64,000 bases of DNA from a virus (lineage: Duplodnaviria; Caudoviricetes). This document shows positions 39,251 to 47,370 of this stretch, in pieces (the first letter of the stretch is position 1; every line of letters starts with the position of its first letter). Location: positions 96,001 through 160,000 of the IMG/VR virus record IMGVR_UViG_3300033074_001484; one strand, 5' to 3'. Under the pieces are notes generated by a model. That model saw only the letters and a program-made list of their open reading frames with translations, was not told the origin of the DNA and made no database searches. The translations under genes were made by a program, and so were the position numbers.

Positions 39251-40537
39251 TTATGCATAAATATAAACATCCCCATTCTCAATACGAATATTACCATTTT
39301 TTTGATAAATAGCATTGTCGGCTTGGCCCCCGTCTACATCAACAACCGCTGCCAAATATGCGTCCGGGGCAATCGCAGTTGCTTCGCCACTTAATTTTGT
39401 AATGGTTTGTAATCCAAATCGTTCTGCTGAATCGTCCCACCCAAATCCAACACCTGTAAAATCCGACTCTGTTTGAATTACAAAACCACCATCGCCAGAT
39501 GCCGATCCTGAATTAAGTAATATGAATCTATCCTCAACCGCTATATTTGTAACATTTTGATTAATGACTGTACCCAACACAGTCAAGTTACCCCCAATAA
39601 TAACATCATGGCCGAATTGAGAACCTGAAATTGTAAGCATATTAGTCGATGAATTATATGTAAAATCTGCATCTGACGTTACAGTATCCCCATCGCTCCA
39701 AAATGTTACCCGTGTAGACGCCCCAGAACCATCTACTAATGAAGACCCCCACACTCTCGAATCAATAGTACGTGTTCCCAAATCTCCCGCAGCAGACCAT
39801 ATCGCTACCGTATCCGTGGTTAGTGCCGGGGCTGCTGTTAAATTCAATCCAGAGCCTGTTATATGGCTTGTAGCGGTAAAATTACCTGTAAGTGAGAGCG
39901 TACTACCATCAAATGTTAAATTTGCTTCCCCATTTACACTTGTGGAATCAACGGATGTTATAAGTCTATTGTTGGCTGCATTTGTATAGGATGTTATCGC
40001 ACCCGTGGGCAATCCTGTCAAACCGCTCCCGTCACCTGTAAATGATCCTGTAAATGATCCTGTTAATCGGGTAGCAGCGACTGTACTACTGTTTACAATA
40101 GTACCTGTAAGTGTTAAATTTGTAAACTGTGGGCTATCACCAGTTCCAAGCCCCAATGATGTACGTGCTGTTGCTCCAGACTCAGCAACCCATGTTGTAT
40201 TGTTACCAACAATTATATTACCATCTGTAGGAGTTAATAAACTAATATCATTAAGACGAGACCCTGATGATATATTACCACCAATGTTAAGCGTAACACC
40301 AGTTCCAAGAATAGCACTTGTTCCACCAGCAACAATCACCTTCCCATCACCCGAATCAGCTATATTACCACGTGCAACTGATGTTATAGCTGATGTACCA
40401 GCACCTAATAAAACCTGTCCAGATGATAAAGTAGCTACGCCGGTACCACCACTACCAACCGGTAATGCAGTGTCTAACGATAACGATGATAGTTCCGCTG
40501 CTGATCCGGACATTATCACTTTTTTCCATTGTGGCAT
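39251..40537 (-). CDS. Fibre-like virion protein
   Basis: LPVGSGGTG, GLGTGDSPQF, GEANLTFDG, GNLTVLGT..VEDRFILLN fibre motifs. Confidence 0.75.
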   Translation of the reverse strand: MPQWKKVIMSGSAAELSSLSLDTALPVGSGGTGVATLSSGQVLLGAGTSAITSVARGNIADSGDGKVIVAGGTSAILGTGVTLNIGGNISSGSRLNDISLLTPTDGNIIVGNNTTWVAESGATARTSLGLGTGDSPQFTNLTLTGTIVNSSTVAATRLTGSFTGSFTGDGSGLTGLPTGAITSYTNAANNRLITSVDSTSVNGEANLTFDGSTLSLTGNFTATSHITGSGLNLTAAPALTTDTVAIWSAAGDLGTRTIDSRVWGSSLVDGSGASTRVTFWSDGDTVTSDADFTYNSSTNMLTISGSQFGHDVIIGGNLTVLGTVINQNVTNIAVEDRFILLNSGSASGDGGFVIQTESDFTGVGFGWDDSAERFGLQTITKLSGEATAIAPDAYLAAVVDVDGGQADNAIYQKNGNIRIENGDVYIYA

Positions 40538-40556
40538 AAAAACTCCTATTATTTAC

Positions 40557-40564
40557 AATAAATA
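40557..40564 (-). promoter_or_regulatory. TATTTATW late-promoter-like motif
   Basis: Sense CTATTTATT followed by AGGAG. Confidence 0.55.
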
Positions 40565-40577
40565 GTTTATTAAGTAA

Positions 40578-41195
40578 CTAAACAGCCCCTATATATAAAT
40601 TACTTCCACTATATACAAATGCCCCAAGTTCTACCGTTGGCAAGGTATCAAAACTATGTAACACAAGCAACCCTTCACCATTTATCTTGGCAATTAAAGT
40701 TGAACCACTATAAACTTCCAACGAATTAGTAAGAGGATCGTCATGGGTAATAATTAAACTACCTGAAACCTGTACCCCTCCATTAACACCATATATGGTA
40801 GATAATATTGATCCGGTTGGAGATATAAATGAAACACCATCAACCCCAACATTTAATTTTTTCCAAGGTAAATTCGTTGTACCTAATGAAAACACGCTGG
40901 AACTGTACGGGGTTAGTGAGCTTGATATAGTATTAGTAAATGCAATTGAATGTGAAGTTTCCCACACTAAAGATGATACTTGATAAAATGGTGTTAATAA
41001 TTGACCCGTTATATCCCCAATAGGTCCCCTTATCCCCTGTATACCTCTTTCAATTACAGTAACAATTCTGTTAGGAGCTTCGATATATTGGGTATCACTT
41101 TGCTCATTTTGATATACGGTGACCTTACGTATCTCTGACGTTGTAGGCACCACCGTTGATGGGGCTGAATATTCTGTAACAATGGTTGTACTCAC
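40578..41195 (-). CDS. Virion fibre/whisker-like protein
   Basis: Short collagen-like GIQGIRGPIG, SLGT...W, several SGS. Confidence 0.6.
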   Translation of the reverse strand: MSTTIVTEYSAPSTVVPTTSEIRKVTVYQNEQSDTQYIEAPNRIVTVIERGIQGIRGPIGDITGQLLTPFYQVSSLVWETSHSIAFTNTISSSLTPYSSSVFSLGTTNLPWKKLNVGVDGVSFISPTGSILSTIYGVNGGVQVSGSLIITHDDPLTNSLEVYSGSTLIAKINGEGLLVLHSFDTLPTVELGAFVYSGSNLYIGAV

Positions 41196-41590
41196 CGAGT
41201 GACATTCCTACTAATTTTAACCTTACCTTCAAGAACACGTACTACATATTCAGATACACCTGACCCACTATATAATTCAATATCATAATAACCGTCTTGG
41301 AACGTAAACAGGCTACTACTGTATGCACTTATTTGGATTGAAAACGACCCAGATGAGCGTGGTAATGTTACCGATTCACTTACAGGCGTCATATTGATTC
41401 CCGTACCATCTTCCGTAATAGTTGTTGTTAATCTGGCATATACTGTAGATGACTCGATTTGCGGTCGAATATGCATACGCGCCTCATAACCTGTCAAATT
41501 TATAGGTGTACCATCCGCATTGGTATACAATATGCGGGTATTAAAGGTACTACCTTGCTCAATTATAAATGTATGTCTACCTGCTGCCAT
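41192..41590 (-). CDS. Virion structural protein (BppU-N/Ig-like adaptor)
   Basis: IEQGSTF, PINLTGY.ARM.IR, YYDIEL, RVLEG.V. Confidence 0.6.
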   Translation of the reverse strand: MAAGRHTFIIEQGSTFNTRILYTNADGTPINLTGYEARMHIRPQIESSTVYARLTTTITEDGTGINMTPVSESVTLPRSSGSFSIQISAYSSSLFTFQDGYYDIELYSGSGVSEYVVRVLEGKVKISRNVTR

Positions 41591-41601
41591 ATTATATCCT
41601 A

Positions 41602-42267
41602 CTAACTATTATACAACAACCTCAATATTTCATCAATTGCCTCGTGTCTATAATTTTGAGTTAATGTTGCAATATAAACATATGCAGAGTCTCTTAATTT
41701 GGGAATGTCATGTATAGCAGACGTATCTGTATATTTCAAATCTATTTGTCGATTATCACCACATAATATCATTAAACTATTTTTACCCAAACGACCCAAT
41801 ACCATTGTCAATTGCTGCTTAGTTAAATTTTGAACTTCGTCAATAATACACACACTATTAGTGAATGTTCGGCCACGGAAATGACTCAATGACACCAATT
41901 CAATTAAACCTTTATCCTCACACTTCTTTAAGTATTCCGGATGATTGTATACCTGACGCATGTTATCTCTGATAGGTACTAACCAAGGCTCCATTTTTTC
42001 TTCCAATGAACCGGGCAAAAACCCATTATCCTCGGTACCCACAGTTGGTCTGGTTATTACAATCTTTTCAACCTCTCTTTTAAACAATTTATCCAATGCT
42101 ATTTGAACTGCGAGCAGGGTTTTACCTGACCCTGCTTGTCCTAATATAAATGATACAGGATGATTTAATATATGTCCCTTTGCAATTTTTTGTTCATCTG
42201 ATAATTGGATATTATATGTTAATTCAGTTTTAGGTTTTCTCTTGTTTAAATTACTTTCCATCTCCAT
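41602..42267 (-). CDS. phoH: PhoH family ATPase
   Basis: GQAGSGKT, ITRP, GFLPG, FRGRTF, IIDEVQN, RLG, GD..QID. Confidence 0.95.
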   Translation of the reverse strand: MEMESNLNKRKPKTELTYNIQLSDEQKIAKGHILNHPVSFILGQAGSGKTLLAVQIALDKLFKREVEKIVITRPTVGTEDNGFLPGSLEEKMEPWLVPIRDNMRQVYNHPEYLKKCEDKGLIELVSLSHFRGRTFTNSVCIIDEVQNLTKQQLTMVLGRLGKNSLMILCGDNRQIDLKYTDTSAIHDIPKLRDSAYVYIATLTQNYRHEAIDEILRLLYNS

Positions 42268-42279
42268 ACAAACTTTTTA

Positions 42280-42287
42280 TATAAATA
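42280..42287 (-). promoter_or_regulatory. TATTTATW late-promoter-like motif
   Basis: Between the capsid terminator and phoH. Confidence 0.6.
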
Positions 42288-42296
42288 GTATTATAT

Positions 42297-42327
42297 AACA
42301 CAAAGGCCACCCAAAATTTGGGCGGCC
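42297..42327 (-). terminator. Intrinsic terminator after the major capsid gene
   Basis: Sense GGCCGCCCA-AAUUU-UGGGUGGCC-UUUGUGUU. Confidence 0.75.
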
Positions 42328-42352
42328 CTCATGTAATTTACCATTAGTAGAT

Positions 42353-44014
42353 TTAGATTAAGTGCAATCCTTCTACATATAGTTTTGCGTAGAATTCCGG
42401 ACGTGTTACTTTCTTTCCGTAACGTGTCATCACGCCCTTCCTTGGTGTGAAGTTATCCGGATCATACAGTAATGGTGTCATCATAAGCGGAATATATGGT
42501 GAATACACCGCACCTGTTTCAAGGTAATTACTTCCCCGGAATCCGACAAGGATCAGATTTTCGAGCATGTACGGGTTTTTATAAACATCCCATTGATTTT
42601 TGATACCACCAATCTTTTGTACTCCCATTGCAAATTTTGCCTGAGTCCCATCCGTATCAGCAGCAAATCCCGGTATAGATTCCAAAATAGTTGCAATTGT
42701 CGGTGAAGTGACTATAAAGTTTGCACCGCCCCGAAGGGTTAATTGGTGAATTTTATTAGACAACTTCTGCAATTTAGTACCAATTGTCTGGAACCATGTA
42801 CCTTGATTATACGCTGTCACGTTTGCAGCAGATAATTCAAATGCAGACCCATTGTGCTGATATCCAATGCGAGTTGACCAGTAGTCAACTGTCGGTGCTT
42901 CGGATATAATCATATCAAGAATTTCAAGATCAATTTCCATAGAAATGTACTCACTTAAAATTCCAGTCAATTCCGCCTCGGCATCGATGTTCTGATACGC
43001 ATTGATATCTTGTGCAAATTCTGGTGTCCATACAGCTTTCAACTTACGAGTTTTAGCCACAATAGGCTCACTACGCATTTGAAGATCGATTTCTGGAATA
43101 TCAAGCTGTTCACGTGCGCTACCTGCTTGTGTTTTTCCTTCTTCAAAATCACCCCGCGTTACGTCTGTCGGCTGCTTATGGTAATTAACAGTAATCGTCT
43201 GTGATCCAGTAGCAGCGGCAGAACCAGAAACTACAAAGGAAATCAGACCGGTTGTTGAATTATACTTAGTGAATGCCTGATACACATCGTGTACAAGTGT
43301 TCCACTCGCATTTGACAGTGTAAACGCACGAACACCATGTGGATCAAATCCAGAAATGGCATCCTTGTGAATTATCACTTTATGAATTCGTGATCCACCA
43401 ACCAATAATGATTGCGAGAACGCGCTATCGTGGTTATAATCCGCACTCGCTAATGAACCAGTTGTCCATGTAGTTGAATTTGCAGACGATCCACCAACCA
43501 ATGCTGATGACGAATAATCATTTATCGTGTATCCAAATCGACCTGCCCCATACAGACCTTCGGTTGGAGTAGCATCCCCATATGATGCAGCAGTTCCCCG
43601 ATTTGCATCGGTCACACCCATCAACGAATCGTTCTGTGAATCTTTACCAGCACCAGTGTTAAATCCGGGCTGCCCAGTAGAATACTTAAACTCAAGCCAA
43701 AACACAAGACCGGATGGTAAATTCATTGGCTGTACACTTACGAATTCTTTAGCTGAAATCTCGGCAAAAATTCTACGCACAAGCGGCAATGCTATACCAG
43801 ACCACTCTTCACTATTTGCAGACGTACCAGTGCTATTCGCTTCTGTTACCAACTGCTTTGCTTGGTTTTCGAGCATGACGGCCATCATCATCTTGTCCCG
43901 AACCTTTAAATCTTCAAGAAGGCCAGTTTTTTCCCACTTTTTTGCAAGTGCAACGGCTCTGGCCCTTTGATTCGCATGATCGCCTTGCGGCAGTAAGCTA
44001 TTTACATTAGACAT
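42353..44014 (-). CDS. gp23: Major capsid protein (T4 gp23 family)
   Basis: KW..TGLLE, LENQ, PLVRR, VQPM..PSGL.F, RKLKA.W..E.AQD, Y.PY.PL, TRYG. Confidence 0.97.
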   Translation of the reverse strand: MSNVNSLLPQGDHANQRARAVALAKKWEKTGLLEDLKVRDKMMMAVMLENQAKQLVTEANSTGTSANSEEWSGIALPLVRRIFAEISAKEFVSVQPMNLPSGLVFWLEFKYSTGQPGFNTGAGKDSQNDSLMGVTDANRGTAASYGDATPTEGLYGAGRFGYTINDYSSSALVGGSSANSTTWTTGSLASADYNHDSAFSQSLLVGGSRIHKVIIHKDAISGFDPHGVRAFTLSNASGTLVHDVYQAFTKYNSTTGLISFVVSGSAAATGSQTITVNYHKQPTDVTRGDFEEGKTQAGSAREQLDIPEIDLQMRSEPIVAKTRKLKAVWTPEFAQDINAYQNIDAEAELTGILSEYISMEIDLEILDMIISEAPTVDYWSTRIGYQHNGSAFELSAANVTAYNQGTWFQTIGTKLQKLSNKIHQLTLRGGANFIVTSPTIATILESIPGFAADTDGTQAKFAMGVQKIGGIKNQWDVYKNPYMLENLILVGFRGSNYLETGAVYSPYIPLMMTPLLYDPDNFTPRKGVMTRYGKKVTRPEFYAKLYVEGLHLI

Positions 44015-44031
44015 TTTATCATCTCCATTTT

Positions 44032-45051
44032 TTATAATTCAGCAGCTTTTATTCCTGCAATAACTTTCCATCTATCTGCAAAATCATATTGAGTTTTCAC
44101 AGGAGCACGATTTTCAGTTATTGGACGTGTCGCAACCTTTTTAGGATTAGCAATAGATTTAGATTTGCTACGTGCTTTTGTACCGCTTGTAAATTGCCCT
44201 GAAAGGGTTTTGTAAATCATACTCGCATCATTTACAGTTTTAGAGCGATCAAATGCTTCCAATACTTTTTCTTGTTGTGACTGAGTTAGTTTATAGTTGC
44301 GAATTATTTTTGTCGCATACATCAACTTTGCATTCAGCAAGTTTACCTCGTTAATTGCTTTCCGCAGCACACTGTTCGCACGTGTTGCCTCTTGTAATTT
44401 ACGAGTTAATTGTGCAACTTCCGATTGGGTAGATGGTTTAACTGGATGTCGTTTTTCAGTATTCTTTACTGTCTTACGATTATTAGAGTTTTCTCGCATT
44501 TCACGCTTCATACCCCTAATAAGACTTTCGATAACATCTTCATCTTCTTCACCACCTAAATCCTCGCCTCCTAATTCTTCCTCGCCTCCTAAATCATCAA
44601 GTGGTTCTTCTTCACCACCTAAATCCTCGCCTCCTAAATCATCAAGTGGTTCTTCTTCACCACCTAAATCCTCGCCTCCTAATTCTTCCTCGCCTCCTAA
44701 ATCTCCAAAGTCAAAATAATTAAAATCGAACTCACCATCTTCCTCACCCTCAAGTTCAGAAATCATTGAATCCAATTCCGTCTCACTTATTTGAAAATCA
44801 TCATCAAGCTCTTCGGCACCTTCCTCCGATAAATTATCCGCAGGTGTGCCATCTTGTCCATCATCCACATAATCTTCTTCGGATAGTTCCAAATCATCAC
44901 CAGATAGTTCATCTTCCTCCGCAATTTTGGCGGACACCATCCTCTGAATTTGTGGTTGGAATGTTTCTGCTATAGCCGCCTTCGCATTTTCAATTGCAAG
45001 TGTTCGGACTCTGTTAGCATCTGCAATGGCTTCATCTAATAATTTACCCAT
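44032..45051 (-). CDS. Prohead core scaffold protein (gp22-like)
   Basis: Highly acidic coiled coil directly upstream of gp23; LLDEAIADA, EVNLLNAKL, RW..IAGI. Confidence 0.8.
   Translation of the reverse strand: MGKLLDEAIADANRVRTLAIENAKAAIAETFQPQIQRMVSAKIAEEDELSGDDLELSEEDYVDDGQDGTPADNLSEEGAEELDDDFQISETELDSMISELEGEEDGEFDFNYFDFGDLGGEEELGGEDLGGEEEPLDDLGGEDLGGEEEPLDDLGGEEELGGEDLGGEEDEDVIESLIRGMKREMRENSNNRKTVKNTEKRHPVKPSTQSEVAQLTRKLQEATRANSVLRKAINEVNLLNAKLMYATKIIRNYKLTQSQQEKVLEAFDRSKTVNDASMIYKTLSGQFTSGTKARSKSKSIANPKKVATRPITENRAPVKTQYDFADRWKVIAGIKAAEL
44546..44703. repeat. Coding tandem repeat (DLGGE/DLGGEEE/PLD units) in scaffold
   Basis: Nucleotide-identical blocks tcttcaccacctaaatcctcgcctcctaa (x3) and atcatcaagtggttct (x2). 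Confidence 0.9.
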
Positions 45052-45067
45052 GTTGTTTTCTCCAAAA

Positions 45068-45126
45068 TAAGATTATTCAAATCTTAACCGTATTGTGTGA
45101 TATCTTAATTAAGTATTTAACTTAAT
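45068..45126 (-). promoter_or_regulatory. Twin hairpins in the scaffold/capsid leader
   Basis: Two perfect 7-bp stems with 5-nt loops UAAAU and UGAAU. Confidence 0.5.
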
Positions 45127-45162
45127 ATTCTTTTTAATATATAGTTGAAAAATATGAAAAAC

Positions 45163-45540
45163 TCAATATCTCGCATTTATTTTTTTAATTATCATCCGCA
45201 TCCGTCTTCCAAATTCACTATCAAAATCCATAAGCATTTTAGAAACTTGGGTTGATAACGCTTTTTTTATTAGATTATAATACGAATTTAATTGTAATTT
45301 CAACTCTTTTGCAGTAGGATCGTTATTCTTAACTGCCATGATATATGCAGATTGTAGTTTGGCAATTTTATCTGGAAGTTTAATGGTATGCTTAACATTT
45401 GCACCGCCACCGTAAATGTTAACACTCAATGAAATAGTGCCGGGAGTACGACCAGTTTCAATATCTACCCCATCTGAAAAACCCCCACTGAGATTTTTCA
45501 TATCGTAACGTATCTTTTTTTCAACTAAATGTGACGACAT
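45163..45540 (-). CDS. Hypothetical head-region protein
   Basis: 125-aa ORF in head operon. Confidence 0.7.
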   Translation of the reverse strand: MSSHLVEKKIRYDMKNLSGGFSDGVDIETGRTPGTISLSVNIYGGGANVKHTIKLPDKIAKLQSAYIMAVKNNDPTAKELKLQLNSYYNLIKKALSTQVSKMLMDFDSEFGRRMRMIIKKINARY

Positions 45541-45542
45541 TT

Positions 45543-45767
45543 TTATTTAGATTTACGTTGTTTATATATAGCATCCTGCACTTGTTTCCTTCGTCTGACA
45601 CTACGTTTAACAAATTCTTTTCGAGAATGTAATTCATTTACAATTCCTGCCTCTTTATACATTCGTTTAAACACTGACAATGCTGCTGACAAACTATCAC
45701 CAACTGTCACACCAACACCAGAACCGGGCAATATACAATTCAGGTAATGTTTATTCTTTTCAATCAT
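45543..45767 (-). CDS. rpsU: Phage-encoded ribosomal protein bS21
   Basis: V.VGDSLSAALSVFKRMYKEAGIVNELHSRKEFVKRSVRRRK matches the bS21 pattern AL..FKR...KxG...E...R..F.KPS..RR. Confidence 0.88.
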   Translation of the reverse strand: MIEKNKHYLNCILPGSGVGVTVGDSLSAALSVFKRMYKEAGIVNELHSRKEFVKRSVRRRKQVQDAIYKQRKSK

Positions 45768-45770
45768 AAC

Positions 45771-45986
45771 TTATATATTTAAATTAATTAATTTTTCCCA
45801 TTGATTACGTGATAACGTAATTTGACTTGAAATACTTCCATTAACATAAACCCTAAGATATATCGTATCCTCTTCTGATTCTACATACACCTCATTATAC
45901 ATTGCAGCGTCTGGTGATTCTAATTTAATCTTGGCCTCATGCAACGCATTGTTTACAATTGATTCAAAATCCATACCCATTAACAC
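45771..45986 (-). CDS. Hypothetical protein
   Basis: Short ORF in head operon. Confidence 0.6.
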   Translation of the reverse strand: MLMGMDFESIVNNALHEAKIKLESPDAAMYNEVYVESEEDTIYLRVYVNGSISSQITLSRNQWEKLINLNI

Positions 45987-46295
45987 TTAATCTGTTAACT
46001 TAGATTTTCTCATCAATCTATCAAAATTTTCTTTTAACGTTGAATTTGCAAACGTTTTAGATACTTTCAATTTACCTTCTGGTAGTAATGATTTCAACTT
46101 TCGTTGTACAATGTCATCCTTGACATCCAACCACACTACTTGATTAGATTCCCGTATAGCCAATGATTGCACTGATGGATTCATTCTAAACAATGTACTC
46201 CCATCTGAATGTAATAAATCCCCAGTGGCTGATTGCCCTTTAGTGAATTTCAAAATGGCCAATAAATCTTTTTTACTATATTTCACCTTATTCAT
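45987..46295 (-). CDS. Hypothetical protein
   Basis: Basic 102-aa ORF ending LKENFDRL. Confidence 0.65.
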   Translation of the reverse strand: MNKVKYSKKDLLAILKFTKGQSATGDLLHSDGSTLFRMNPSVQSLAIRESNQVVWLDVKDDIVQRKLKSLLPEGKLKVSKTFANSTLKENFDRLMRKSKLTD

Positions 46296-46311
46296 AATAC
46301 ACCCCTATCAT

Positions 46312-46752
46312 TTAAATGTCATAATATCTCTTTAACAAATGTCCAATATCTTCATATGCCGCCTCTAATCGTTGTTGGCGTTGTATTATCTCAGCAGCTT
46401 CAGTTTTCATGACCTTGACAGCATCTTTCATTTGTTTTATATGTCGCGATGCAGTGACTTTGTCAAACCATCCATCAGTTTCAGACAAAGTAACACTTTC
46501 GGCAGCATTCACCATTTTTTCAATTGCACCAACAGCCTCTTTAAATTTTCCACTGCGATAAATATCGGTGCCCATCTCTGAAAACTTTTTAATTGCATTC
46601 AAAAATTGCCGCTTATCGGGTATAGGAATAGATGGCTTTGCTTCATCCTCTGCTTCAAAGATAAATCGGTTAGCTTCGTATAAATCTGCTAATGTTCGCA
46701 ATCGTCCAACTTTACGACCGATTCCATAGCTATTTTTATAAGACCGTTTCAT
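46312..46752 (-). CDS. Head-region coiled-coil protein
   Basis: ATGA overlap with protease stop; WFD.VT..RH.K, QRLEAAYEDIGH.L.RYY. Confidence 0.75.
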   Translation of the reverse strand: MKRSYKNSYGIGRKVGRLRTLADLYEANRFIFEAEDEAKPSIPIPDKRQFLNAIKKFSEMGTDIYRSGKFKEAVGAIEKMVNAAESVTLSETDGWFDKVTASRHIKQMKDAVKVMKTEAAEIIQRQQRLEAAYEDIGHLLKRYYDI

Positions 46753-47369
46753 ATACAACATACTCCGGATAATTCACATATTATATCTCTAATAAGTATT
46801 TCAGCAGTTACATTTCGTGATGTCAAATTTTCATTTACATTTTCCGACATTGGCCGCATGAATGCCCCGTGCGTGGACGGGTTCGATACAAAATCAAACG
46901 TTACTAATTCAAAGTCAGATTGAACTTCTAATGTTTCAGAATCATCTTCATGTAATGTTTTTACAGAACCCAACCCTCGTGATGAAATTCCAAGTGTAAT
47001 TCCTGATTTAAATAATTCCTTCAAAATATTCCCTGACGGTGTGTTTAATATTTCAACCACACCCACGACATCATCACCATCCCAATCAATCTCAATAATA
47101 TTATGTGACACATTCTTTAAATTAACAATACCACTATCAGGATGATCCAGTTCACCCAGTGCGCGTTTATCCTTCACCTCATTGTTTTTATACCTTGCTA
47201 TTTCTCGCTCCAAAATAGGTCTCGGATATACTCGACCATTTTCATTCTTAGCATTCGCACGTTGTAGTATACCTTTTACAATAAGACGGCCATTATTACG
47301 CTCCATAGATTCGACTATGGCGTTCCGATCAAATGTAAATGGTATATATTCAAGTAGTAATTTAGACAT
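46749..47369 (-). CDS. gp21: Prohead core protease (gp21)
   Basis: N.NGRVYP, ALGELDHP, TPSG, GISSRG.GS, DFVSNPST. Confidence 0.95.
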   Translation of the reverse strand: MSKLLLEYIPFTFDRNAIVESMERNNGRLIVKGILQRANAKNENGRVYPRPILEREIARYKNNEVKDKRALGELDHPDSGIVNLKNVSHNIIEIDWDGDDVVGVVEILNTPSGNILKELFKSGITLGISSRGLGSVKTLHEDDSETLEVQSDFELVTFDFVSNPSTHGAFMRPMSENVNENLTSRNVTAEILIRDIICELSGVCCI

Positions 47370-47370
47370 A

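Noticed and set aside
44546-44703. Repeat cluster as a possible CRISPR array
   Set aside because: There are no unique spacers; the units are in-frame coding repeats in the scaffold.
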